Source: Microbotryum violaceum
Taxonomy: Eukaryota
NCBI GenBank assembly: GCA_001244265.2
Contig: CDLV01000012.1
Coordinates: 310,001 to 374,000, forward strand
Direction of reading: 5' to 3'
DNA: 64,000 bases
Positions 1 to 12,145 of this stretch are shown piece by piece (within the stretch, counting starts at the first letter, position 1; each line of letters starts with the position of its first letter). Both the position numbers and the translations under genes were made by a program. Under the pieces are notes generated by a model. That model was given only the letters and a program-made list of their open reading frames with translations, did not search any database and was not told the DNA's origin.

Positions 1-2382
1 CGAGGCGGTTAAGGAATGGCTCAGATTGGAGTGAGTAGCAAGCTGACCGAAGCTCTCACAACCCGTCCGATATGATTGCTGACACGAACGCGCTTACACG
101 CTTACACACTTACAACCTTGTGCGCGATTGGCACTCCGCCACAGTCGGGTGAGCCCCACTTAGTGCACCACTCAGGGGCCAATGCCAACTCGGCAGCCTC
201 TTTTGAGAGCTAGATACCGCCTGGCTGATCATCATTTCGAGGCATCGATGCACAGAATCCATACACCCGCCAAGACGTTGAAGCACTTCGAGATGCGGGT
301 GACTACACCAAGCTAGCGAAGCGCTTCGACACCCGGATCGCCTTTGGCACCGCCGGTCTACGAGCTCGTATGCAGGCGGGGACGTCATCGATGAACGATC
401 TCGTAGTACTGCAAGCGACACAAGGTCTCGCTTCTTACGTCAAAGAGCATGTTCCGAATGCGCTGAGCCGAGGCGCTGTCATCGGACACGATCATCGGTC
501 TTTTGGCGGACTCAACTCGAAGCGATTCGCTCAGCTGGCCGCCGGGGTTTTCCAGCGCGGAGGGTACAGGGTGTACCTCTTTGAAGGTCTTATACATACA
601 CCTATGGTCGTAAGTAATCGACGATGGCGGTGACTAGTCCCGCCCCGGCTGAGCCTCCTCCAATTCTGCCAATTCTTCTAGCCTTTTGCGCTGAGCAAAT
701 TGGGCGCTGCTGTGGGACTCATGGTCACTGCTTCCCATAATCGTGAGTCGTTTACGACTCATAAAGACACTTGATTATCACTTATCGTGCCGTTCTTTTA
801 AAAGCTGCCGCCGACAATGGCTACAAAGGTACCGTTATCCGCCAAGTCCGCCGAGCTTTTTAGCACAGCTGAACGTCTTCTTTTCCGTTCGCTTAACAGT
901 CTACTGGGAGAATGGTGTACAGATCATTCCTCCCCATGATCATGGTATTGCAAAGCGTATTGACGAATCTCTAGAGGTCGACGAGGCGGCTTGGGATGTC
1001 GACCCGGCCAACTTCGAGTGGAGGGACACCGAGGCTCTGAAGGACGACTACATCGCGATGACGACGACGCTGATTGATCCAAAAATTGGCAGTGGGACAG
1101 CTACCGGGATCGTTTACACAGCGATGCACGGGGTCGGTCGACCTTTCGCTCAAAGGGCTTTCACTGCATGCGGATTCGACCCGAGGGAGTTCATCACCGT
1201 AGAATCGCAGGCAGAGCCCGACCCAACATTCCCAACAGTGAAGTTTCCCAATCCTGAAGAGAAGGGGGCACTCGACGAAGCGATGAAGAAAGCGGATCAA
1301 GTCGGATCGCAGATTGTGGTAGCCAACGACCCGGACGCTGATCGATTCTGCGTAGCCGAGAAAGTCGGTGCGACATGGAACGCTTTTACAGGGGATCAAC
1401 TGGGCACCTTGCTCGGCGCTTGGGTGTTGCACAAGTACAAAGCGAGTGGAAAACCAATAGGTCCGCTTCCTTGGCTGACCCGAGCTGTTGTCGAGATCGA
1501 GGCTAACTCTCAAAAGTGGGGACCACAGACAAGCTGGCAATGTGCGCCTCCGCAGTGTCGTCCAAGATGCTCAAAACGATTGCCGAGAAGGAAGGCTTTG
1601 TTTTCTGCGAGACCTTGACGGGCTTCAAATAGTGCGCAGCGCTTCTTCTGGTGGTCCCGAAACGATTCTGGTAGATGCTGACGCTGAGTTAACATCACCC
1701 GCGCAGTCTCGGTAACGAGTGTTTGACCTGGGAAGCTAAGGGCTACGAGCCGCTGTTCGCGTACGAAGAAGCAATCGGCTACTTGCACGGATCCGTCGTC
1801 CGTGACAAAGATGGTGTCACCGCCTTGGTGTCGTTTTGCGAATTAGTGGCTTACCTCGCCTCGATCGGCAAGACACCCTCGTCACGGCTTGATGAACTGT
1901 ACAATCAGTATGGCTTCTTCAAGACGAGCAACTCGTACTTCATCTGTCGCGATTCGAAAAAGACGGACCGCATCTTCTCAAAGTTGCGATTCGGCACCGA
2001 AGCGCCTCCTACCACGACCAAAGAGATGAAGGCAAAGTTGAACCTACCCAAGCTGATGTCTGGGTACCCCGTCGTCTGGTTCCGAGATCTGACGATCGGG
2101 TACGATTCGGCCAATGCGCCTTCGTTCGAACCGAGCTTGCCCGTGGACGAGAAGACTCACATGATCTCATTCAAGATCGGAGGCGAGGACGGTGTCGAGG
2201 TTGTTGGGACAGTCCGCACATCTGGCACAGAACCCAAAATCAAGTTCTATCTGGAGGGGAGCGGGGCCGATCGTCACTTGGTTGGAAAGAAGCTTCAGCA
2301 GGTCCGAGAAGCTCTCGGTGTCGAATGGCTCGGTGTCGATCCGGCAAGGATCAACGATGCTGTCGTCGACCTCACAGTATGA
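1..2382 (+). CDS. PGM3: Phosphoglucomutase/phosphopentomutase (PGM2/PGM3-PRM15 type alpha-D-phosphohexomutase), 5'-partial, multi-exon
   Basis: Motifs FGTAGLR, VIGHDHR, catalytic TASHN (721-741), DNGYKVYW across a 24-nt micro-exon, FPNPEE, metal-binding DPDADR, AYEEAIG and RTSGTEPKIKFY. Stop at 2380-2382. Confidence 0.93.
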
Positions 2383-2534
2383 TCGGGACCACGTGAAGAT
2401 TAGTCAGAAGAAGATGCTTGCGTTGCAATTGCATAAGAGTTACATCCAATAAGTATATATATAAGGCCCTGTGAAATTGCTTCAGAAAACCCCTGCTCTA
2501 AAACATGGCAAAGGGGGAGGTATATCTGAGGTCC

Positions 2535-5500
2535 TCAGAGGAAGCCGCTCTCGCTGAGCAGGCGAGCGATCTTTTCGTCGTCTCGCTCGCGCGGTTCGCG
2601 CAGCAGACTGAGCTCGTACAGGCGTTGATCATCGGTCGCAGGATCGGCGTGCGAAGGGAAGAGGTGTTCGTCAATGTACTTGGCGAGCGAAGGGACGGCG
2701 GCGAGGTTGTAAGAGGTCGCTTGGTGCAATTTGATCATCAGGATCAATTCCGACGCCTTTTGGCGCTTGTTGAAGTTGATCTGATGCGGTCGTTCACGAA
2801 GCATGTCTGGGTTGCCGTCACCAATAAAGGTCCAGTCGGTAAGATAAACACCTGTAGTAAATGACAAAACTGTCAGCACATGCAAGCGAGATAACTGGCG
2901 CTGGGATCGACGTTAGGAACACTGACCAAGGAACGGGACGCAGGGCGGAGCGACTTGGCGCAGCTGTTCGCGGTACTCCTTGTAATTCTTGTCCGGTCGC
3001 ATTACATTGTTCATGAGGCCGAGCTGATAGATTGATTTCTGATTAACTTGCTCCCACGTCCGACGGAGGCGATGAATTGGCGTCGAGTTGAGTCCGGCGA
3101 TGATGTGTATCAAGGTTGAAAAGTTGTTCAGAGTGAAGCAGCGCTATGAAAATGGACCGATACCATCAGCTTCATACAAACATGCTCGTTTTCGATGACT
3201 CCTTCTCACCTCAGCCACGAGTATGAAATGCTTGACGATCGACGCTCGTTTCTTGAGGTCCTCTTGTAGCAAGATCGTCTCTGTCACCCACCGCGTCACG
3301 GCGTTGGACATGTCGATCATGGCGCTGATGTTGGGAGCATCGGAACCAAACTCCTTGGGCCAGGCTTTACCGAGACATTCTTGCGTTGTAATCTTGGCGA
3401 AGAGACGACTGTCCATGATGGTCAGTTGTCGAGCTAGCTCCAGTGGGTCGATGTCGAGGAAGCGAAGCTTGCGGAAGCTGCGCGGAATAATCGACGGAGG
3501 GAGGGGCCCGGGAGCTAGACTACCCATCGGTCGAGGGGCTTGGCCCGAAAGCTGCGTCAATAAAAAGGTAGGTAGTCTTTGGTTAGCTATCGCCAATACT
3601 CCCTGTAAGGCTTGGGTTACGTACCCGTTCATCGACGACCTTGATGATCTGCGGGGACTGCACCGGATCGCTCATCGTGACTGACGCGAACGTGGCAATC
3701 CTTCTCAAAAGTTCCGGATCCTTCTCGTCATAGTCCATGTACTCGCGAACCCATGACTTGATCAAGTTGGCGACACGCGCTCGTATAGGTTTGAACTTGC
3801 GCGTCTCCCAGGTCTTGTGTTGCTCCGGTGTCAGCCCTTCGGGTACTGGTACCTTGTACCGTTCGATGAGTAGGTCGAGCAATAGATGCGAGGTACAGAA
3901 GGTGCGGTAAGTCATCAGGAATGCTGATAGGTAGCTACCGTCGACTGGAATAGATGGAAGAGAACTCATGTCAACAATCGATACTACGAACTCAGACGTG
4001 CACCCGGAAGTCATTTACCTCGACCCTCGTGGCTCGTCCCGGCAACAATCAAAGCGCGGAGTGTGGCACCTCGGATCTGGCCCTCCATATTGTACGACAC
4101 CTCGTCGGGACCATAATCTGGACCAAGCCAAGGAGGTACAGCCTCGGCCACGCTCGCGAGCGAGCTTGAAGTTGGATAAGACGACTCGCCGGTAAGCTTG
4201 GCGAGCTTGGACATGGGTGTTAAAGGTGTCGAAGGTTTGGAGGGAGAGGAAGGAACGGTGGCTGTTGGGAAAGGGCACGATCAGTGCCATCCACTAGGAG
4301 GACCCCGCGTCATCGCTCAAAGGACTCACATCTCGGAAGCTCCTGCGAATAGTGATCCGACACACTCGTCGCGACCGATCCTCTCCTCAACCCAGCATTG
4401 GTCAAAAGCTGCTTCAACGACGACCTCGTTTTGCTGCTCGACGTCCTCCCCGTCCCGGCGTTCGAACCGGAAAAGAAGAAGTCGCTATCGGCACTTTCGC
4501 GACTGTGCATACTCGTTGCTTTGCTATGTCGGCCCATACTGAGGCCGAAATTGTCGGGGAGGATCGAATGGCGTGATGAAGCGGGGCTCCGCGAGGTTAC
4601 GGCATCGAGCTTGCGAGGGGATTGATGCGGCAAGCCATCTTGGAATGAAGAGCCGGAGATGGACGCCGTGTCGGAATCCAGTGGCGTCGGTGAGCGTTGC
4701 GTTGTACGATTCCGCCTCAAGCTCGGTGGTGCGGATGACTGGACTTCGGCGATGGCGCTCAAGGCCACGAGAGCAAGAGTTGACTTTGTGACGGCGGTAC
4801 CGAGGTCGTCCAGAATTTCGAGCATCGCCTTGGACCCTGTTGCTGTCGCAGGCGGCGATGCATACAAGGAGAGAGGAGCAAGTGACGAAGGCTGCGGGCC
4901 AGAAGAGGCAGCGGATGTCGTTGCACAGTCTTCCTCGAGCACAGACAGGCTCTGCAAAGCGCAAAGCAGTCGGGGCGGAACATTGTACAGCGCTTGCTTG
5001 CTGACTTCGAACTCGGCCAGCAGCGGCTTGGCCTCGATGACGCTCGCTCGATACGGCCCCGACGACGGTGGTTCATCCTTGCCCTCGGCCGCCGACTCGT
5101 GACCACTCTTGTCCGACATCGAGTCCTTAGCAACAGAACCGTCCGTGTCGCCGCGAGAGATGGGCCCCGCATCGTTGGCGAGCTCGATGTCGACGCCAGA
5201 CGCGATGTCGATGTCCTCGACGGACCTCAAGAACGAAGCAATCCCGCCCAATAGTTGACCCGCTTCTTTCGTCAGATCCGTCAAAGCAGCTTGATCCAGA
5301 GGGCGTTCGACGGCTTCGACCAGTGTACGCAGAGCCTGGGACTTGGATTGAATCGTTATCGACTCCTTGCGAAGAGATTCAACAGTCTCGGCCGAGATGG
5401 GTCGGACGGGATAGGCGTAGACGAGTCGAGGCGAGGATGATACAGGCTCTGGATTCGGCATCGTAAGTGGGCTCGGCAACGTCACAAACCCATTCCCACG

Positions 5501-7576
5501 CCAATTACCACCAAAGCCACCACCAGGTAGCAAAAGTGCTGCCGCGTTCGTCCTCAATGACCCTGTCACGGCTTTGGGCGCTCGAACGAGAGCAAGCGGA
5601 GCCCCTTCCTCGTTGACCATGTTGGATTTGACGATGAGATCGTACTCATTCAAGAAGATGACGACATTGGCGTGCACCTCCTTCGTCGATACCAAGACCT
5701 CGTGACGCAGCTTGTTTTCGATCGCGTGCCTCGTTTCCCTTGCTCGCGCCCAGTCAGCGATCACCTGTTGGCGGAGCTGCTCCTGTTGGGCAAGATCGTT
5801 CGACTCGTCGGCCGAGGCGGCGATGACGTCGTCGACGGCGAGGACTTGATCGGCTGGAATCGTTTCGAGCAAGCCCCAGACCGCTCGGACGGCCAAAACC
5901 AACTTCGAGAGTGTGGATGTCAGTCGTCGAGTGGTAGGCTTGAGCTGGAGTTGCGTTGCAGTGCTCAGGACGAGCTTGCGTGAGAAAGCCCCTCTGATAT
6001 CGTTCGCGAGGCCCTGGGTGGTCGAGGCCGACTTGCTCGAAGCGGCCGGATCAGACAGACGAAGCATAGGGTGCTCCAGAATGCCACAGGCGTGTAGCAA
6101 GTTGCGCACGGCCGCGACGATCTCATCGCATTGCTGCGCCAACACCTCGCGTTCCGGCCCAGGACCAAAAAGGGTTGCAGCTTCGCCGCTATCCGCTGCC
6201 CCTTGCTCGCCGACGAGTTCACCGAGCTTCGATAAAGCCTCCATGATCACCGACTCAAGATGGCTGAGCAGCGGTGGTGGTGAAGGTTCGAGCAATTGCG
6301 CCGTCGATACGGTCCTCTTGGAAGGCCTCTTGGACGATTTGGTCGAGCGCCTCTTCTCCAGCTCACGCGTCGCTTGTTCCAAAGCCGCAGCGATCTGTTC
6401 CTCCATGGCCTTGGCATCAAATTCGCCCTCTGCCTCCAGCCCGTTGACTTCGGCGACAGCTACACCGCTCGCAGTCGTATCGCGCAGACTGCGCGCCGTC
6501 GTCTGCCGTGAGCGTTGCGAGTAGACGCTCACGCGCTGGGACCCATCCGAGTGTTCTCCATCCTCTGCAAGAGAAGGGCGTTCCGTCCAAGCCGACAAGA
6601 CAGAAGCGTCACCCATCGAAGTCCGATCCCTCTTCGAGGTCGAAAACGAAGCTGCACCCGAGGTCGAACCCCACGTCGCACTGTACGTGGTCGAAGAAGG
6701 TCGTCTCCCAGTCCTATGTTTCGAGGGCGTAGACTTGGCGGCTCGACTCTTGCTCAAAGCGTTGCGTTCGTCATCGTCGAGGGCGAATTCTGTAGGATCG
6801 ATGCGGATCCCGTCGCCTCTTCCTTCGACGGGCATATCGCGCGAGGTCTCGCCCGTCCTCGAATTGAAGTAGAACAGTTGGCCCCGGTGCGTGACTTTGG
6901 GGACCCAGTAATCCTGCTCGTCATCATCACCGTCGACCTCGTCCCCCTCCTCATGCTCGACATCGCCATCTGAACCTCTAGCATATCCGTCTGCTCTTGA
7001 ACTGGCCATTTTCCGTACTCCTCCCACGCCGTCGCCAGCGACTTCGGCTCTTGCTGCCGCAGCGATTTCCGAAAAGATGTCACCCCCTTCCGAAAAGCTC
7101 ATCGTCGAGTCGTCGTCGCCGATCGAAGCGCGAGCCAGAAATTCTTCGATCGAAGCCGCGGTCGAGGTCGAGTTCTTTCTTGCGTCCAAGAAGCTGCCAG
7201 AGTGTGCCTGCCCAGGTCGAAGGCCACGTTGCTGCTCTTCGACGTCGTCTTCGGATTCGTCGCCTTGCCACCAGCCCGACATCTGTTGCCTCGCCCATCG
7301 TGCGTCTTGTTCGTCCAACCGTTGCACGTAGTTGGAAGGGAACCAACCCCTGATCTTTTGCTCGCATAGTACGCCGTCCCACCAGCCTGAACTCAGCGTC
7401 GACAAGACCTCGATCACATCCCCCGGCCGGAACGATAAACAGGACGTGTCGCCACCCGAATAGGCGTACAAGGCCTGAACGTAGAAGGAGGACGAGTCAT
7501 CGGTCGGGTCATGTTCCGAGTCGCTGGACTCGAAGTTTTTTGTAGAGGTCGAGGTCGAGGCTTGCACATAGGACAT
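2535..7576 (-). CDS. CDC25: Ras guanine nucleotide exchange factor (Cdc25/Sql2-like; SH3, WW-like, REM and CDC25 domains), multi-exon
   Basis: SH3 (VQALYAY...GWWDG...GWFPSNYV), WW-like YWVPKVTHRGQLFYFNSRTGE, REM (FLMTYRTF...NLIKSW) and CDC25 core (ELARQLT, PCVPFLG, YLTDWTFIGDGN, INFNKR). Confidence 0.93.
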
Positions 7577-9177
7577 TGGGGAGGGCTGTCTTGGGGTCGT
7601 CGCTCGGGTGACGGGTGATCCCCTTCTCTCTCTCTCTCGCCGAGACTAGCGTAGGGAGAGCGGACCAAGGCGTTCAGGGGGAATGAGCGAATCGTCGATG
7701 CGTTTTGTGGTTTTGTGGGGGCGATTTGAACGCAATTGTATCGCTTTGCGGGAGGAGGATAATACGCCCAGCCCAGAACGAGTAGTAGAAGGGCACGGGG
7801 AAGAGGTCCCGGCGTTGATCCGGATATCGCAAGCCGGCCCGGAATGACGCCCGATCACTGCACTGCCCGGAGAAGTGGAGCGTGAAAGACCAGCAGTACG
7901 GGGGTCAGCTCTTGAGCAGTGTCACTATCTACTGAGACCGTATGGAAGCGGGTCGATAGGCGTAGAATCACGAGGCGTCCTGAGCCCGGATCTCCTGACC
8001 TGCGCCTCGTCAGCGACGAGATGTCGGTTGGAGCGCAGCCGACTCAGAAAGTGGGTGACTGTAACGCGTCTACGATGATCCCCACACTCCCAATGCAGAA
8101 GTGGACTATGCGCATCCCTCCGCTTCACTCGTGGATGAGTTTGGGAAAGGAGGTGGCTATATGCGGTTGAGACGTTAGGCGTGGCCAGTCAAGCGGCGGT
8201 CACGCGCGGGTCTGCGCGGGTGGGATCGACGGCGCGACGGGAGGACGAGAGAGGCCACGACCTCAACTCGACCCGACCGAGCGACCGACCACGTTCCCAC
8301 GCTACCTAGGGCCAACCTGCCATGACGATCACGGCGACTGTGGATGTTGCTGGCGACTCACCTTTTGAGACGAGGTGTGATGCGAAATGAGGGGCGTGGT
8401 CAAGGACAGAGCCGGCGAGAGTTGCCACTCCAGACTGACTGACACAAAGCCAACTTGCAAACCCGGGCACCCTCACGCCCAGGCACCCCCAGCCAAAACG
8501 GCGGCAGACGACGGCACTCGATCTCACTCGATTAGAAACCTCGGCGCCAACTGGCAGTCGCGCGCCAACCCCCAAGTGTCAACTCCTTCAAGGAGGTCGA
8601 AGATAGACGACTTGCTCTTGGGATAACAATGTGTCGTATCTTGTCTTTGGGGCTTCGAAGCAGGAGACTATTTCCCGTGTTACTCAGTAAAAGGAGCTGC
8701 TACACCTTGTCAAGGGGGTTAAAAGTTCGCTGGCAGAAAATGACAAGCTTCACGTATAATTCTGTTTCATTAGTCGGTCATGCATCAGGATCGACCACGT
8801 CCCTACTTCGGGTTAATGGTCAGTGGGTAAGCGGTTTGTCGGAGCCCTGAGGTCCTTATCTCTGATGCCTGAGCTTGTAGATCCCTGTTTTCAAGGATGG
8901 AGCATGTCATCTTCCAGTCGAGACCTTCCAAAGAAAGGAGTCGTCGCAGCAGCAGGGATGAAACCTCCCTCGGCGGCAAGCTCAAAGGCCTCGAGGGTGA
9001 TCTCGGTTTGTAGTCGATGTCTCAGGCATGGTGCGCGCAAGGTCGCAGAGTCCCTGATCAGATCAAGAAGGACTCTTTCCCTTCTGTTCCCACAATTCGG
9101 CTTTAGAAGAAACCTGATGTACATAATTCCGTTCGCACCGAATAATAGAACCTGGTTACGAGAAACCCCCTCCCTCC

Positions 9178-10387
9178 TTAAGCAAACACGCTCCTCGTCT
9201 CCAACGGTTTCTCGGGCCTCGATTCCAACAGATCGCTCTCCCTCGTCCTCCTCTGCACCTCCTGATCCTTCCTCCCCCTGTACTTGCTCGCCCTGACCAA
9301 TTTTTGCCCCAAGTAAGCCTGTTGACTCGGGACGAATTCCTTGTTCTCGTACAAGCAGGCACCGTTGAAAGAGCCTTCAAAGATCTTGACGGGGGTCAGG
9401 ACGAAACGAGGACCGATTTCGTTGAGAGACATTTTGGGACCGTTGGCTGCGGCGGCTTTGGTGGCTTTGGTGGTGGATGGAGTCGAGGAGGTGGAAGGGA
9501 GGGTCGGGTCGGCGGAAGGGTTGTCGAGAATCTGGGGTAGGAGGGCGAGCAGAGAAACAAGATCAGATCAAAGAGGGACTCAACAACCCAAGTTGACTTG
9601 AAACTGTACCTGGAACTGTCGGAACCAAATCTTGCCGTCAACGATGGAAAAATTGATGACATGGTCGACGAAAGGTTTTGCTCTCCTCGCCGTCTTTGGG
9701 ACCGCAAAGATCTGAAAAGGGAGGGACACAAGAGAATCAGTCCATTGTTCTGTGATAATGCTCAAGAGTACGAACTTGAACGTGCATGGGTCAACATTTC
9801 CTTCATGATCTTCCACTGGGGCTGCGCATCGGGTGCATCGAACTGCTGATCAAACACAACCAACGGCCTGGACCCCTTGAGGCAGTTGCCCGTCATCTTC
9901 ATCTCGTCCATGGTGTGGATGTTGAGCACGTGGAAACGGATCGAAGGACCGTTGGGGGCTTTGGCGGCCCAGAGGTAGAGATCGTTGTGCTTGCGTCGGG
10001 CCTCAAAGAAGAGCGCGTTGTTGCAGTTGGAGAGGTCGCACAGCTCGTTGACGAGCGCGAGTTGATGCTTTGTATCCAATTTGGCGTCTTTTTGAGATGC
10101 GAGGGAGGTTTCGAGAACGGGAGAGAGTCAGGATCAGTCCAGACTGACTCCGTGAGGGACAGGGGGCACACTCAAGACGACTGACCCTTCTTGGCATGAG
10201 GCAACATGGCCGTAAGATCACTCATCAAATGACGCTGACGCTGACTGATACCTCTTGAACTGAGCACCAAGACGCGTTGCTTGTAGGGGCGTGCAGCAGC
10301 CGTGGTTGATGCGGATGCTGCTTCATCGTCATCCTGTGCGAGCGAGCGTTTGCGCTTCAAGTCCTTGGTCACTGCGGAGGGGGCCAT
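9178..10387 (-). CDS. BRX1: Ribosome biogenesis protein Brx1 (Brix domain), multi-exon
   Basis: KQRVLVLSSRGI..RHLMSDL, LFFEARRK..DLYLW..PNGPS, HTMDEMKMTGNCLKGSRP, DHVINFSIVDGKIWFR and EIGPRFVLTPVKIFEGSF. Confidence 0.96.
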
Positions 10388-10577
10388 GGTTGGAGAGGAG
10401 AGGCAAAATTAAATTGAAGAGAATGCGATGGACCGTAGTGAGTCCTGACGATGGGCTGCGCGGTGGAATGAGGTTGAGGCGAGAGGCGAGGCTGCGCTCC
10501 GTCGTCGTCGTCTCGGGCGCTTTCACCTTTCACTTGCTGCGAAGCCCCGATTAGAGCCCCGTGAGCAGCCAGCGCCA

Positions 10578-10640
10578 GCCGTGAGCGCGTGAACTGCCGT
10601 GAGCGCGTGAACTGCCGTGAGCGACTCGGCAGCGCGTGAG
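10578..10640. repeat. Short tandem repeat (GCCGTGAGCGCGTGAACT x2 plus further GTGAGC motifs) in the divergent BRX1/PLP2 intergenic region
   Basis: Read directly: gccgtgagcgcgtgaact gccgtgagcgcgtgaact gccgtgagcg, with more GTGAGC copies at 10561 and ~10636. Confidence 0.8.
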
Positions 10641-10788
10641 CCAGCGCTGGCCAGCAGCGACGCGTTGAAGCGGTCCGTGCGTCAATGACGAGTCGGGCTG
10701 ACCGTTGAGCGCCTCACCGCTGCTTCCCCCTACACCCGTCATAACACCAACCAGATCTGGCATCGTCCCAGCTCAAGATCTGTGCAAT

Positions 10789-11966
10789 ATGGTCCGTCCC
10801 CTTCCCTTCCCCCATAGCCCCCTCCAGCTCCTCTTGAGCCGCTCCCCCTGAGGCCGTCCTCCTGCAACTGACTCGATCCGTATTCGCCCTCGCTAACAGC
10901 CCGCCATCAACTACGAAGAAGACACCGAATTCAACGAAGCCCTGCGCAAACACGGTATAATACCCCCCAAAGCCACCGACGGCACAAGCTCCCGTTCCCC
11001 CTCCCCCCCACCCGCTCCCACGTCCCCCTCCCTCTCCGACGTCGACGACCTCGATGAGCTCGATATCGATCGCGACGATTCCCTCTCCCGCGACGTGGTC
11101 GAAAAGTATAGGGCCGAGAGGATGGCCAAAATGAAAGTGGCGGAGCAGAGGAGAAAGTTCGGCAGGGTCTATCCAATCGGCAAGGTCGATTATACGAGGG
11201 AGGTGACCGAGGCGAGTAAGGCGATCATCGAGGGGGAACCGGAAGGGTATGGCACGGGGGTGGTGTGTGTGCTCTACAAGGATTCGTGAGTTTCGTAGCG
11301 GGGTACAGGCACGCTTATAGTCGGCCATAACCTGAACATCGTACCGCGACCCACAGCCTACCAGCCTGCAAGATCCTCCTCCCCCTGCTGGACCAACTGT
11401 CCCTGCTGTACCCTTCGTCCAAATTCGTCAAGATCATCTCGGACCATTGCATCGAGAACTACCCTGACAAGAACTGTCCGACCATGATCGTCTATCGTAA
11501 CGGCGAGATGATGGGGCAGATCGTCGGCCTCGGAGCGATGGGGAATGAGAAATGTAAACTCGTTGGTGAGGGATCAGCCTCAACCGCAATCGAGCACCTG
11601 AACTACTTGTGGGGATCTGATTCGCACAAAACTATTCACCTCACAGATGTCGAAAGGATCTTGTTCGCGTTCCGAGGCATCGACTTCCACCTCAAGATCG
11701 GTAACGAAGCCCGCGGATCACAATTCTCATCCAAGACCTCTTCTGCCGCCGCACCCTTGGAGAAGAAGACCGCCAACACTTCCTCGAACAAGTCGAGAAC
11801 AGGGAGGGATGAGGTGGGATCTGATGAAGACGGGCAAGCGGATGAAGATTCGGATGAGGACGATCAGACTTTTGTGGGCGGGGGGAGGAGAAGTGGCATT
11901 CGGAATGGCACGAGGGGGAGGAAGAAGGGCGAGAAGAGTGATGATGACGACGACTTCGATATTTAG
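10789..11966 (+). CDS. PLP2: Phosducin-like protein (PhLP2/Plp2, thioredoxin fold)
   Basis: ATG-only first coding exon, intron 10792-10899, then PAINYEEDTEFNEALRKHGIIP, KFGRVYPIGKVDYTREVTEAS and CIENYPDKNCPTMIVYRNG. Acidic C-terminal tail. Confidence 0.9.
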
Positions 11967-12145
11967 ACTTGTCTGTGCAAATGCTGATGCTGCGGTGGCC
12001 CGAGTTTCTCTGAGCGCGTGTCGGCGTAATAGGGGCTACGGCAGCCTCACGACGCGATTGGCATAACACGGACGCAGTGCTTCCCACCAACTACCGAACT
12101 GCCCAACCAACCCACTAACTCACCTCTATGACCTCAGCGATCCTC

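Noticed and set aside
4352-7353. Many 60-200-aa ORFs antisense to or overlapping real genes, here and across the window
   Set aside because: These are shadow ORFs expected from GC-rich coding DNA and show no recognisable motifs.
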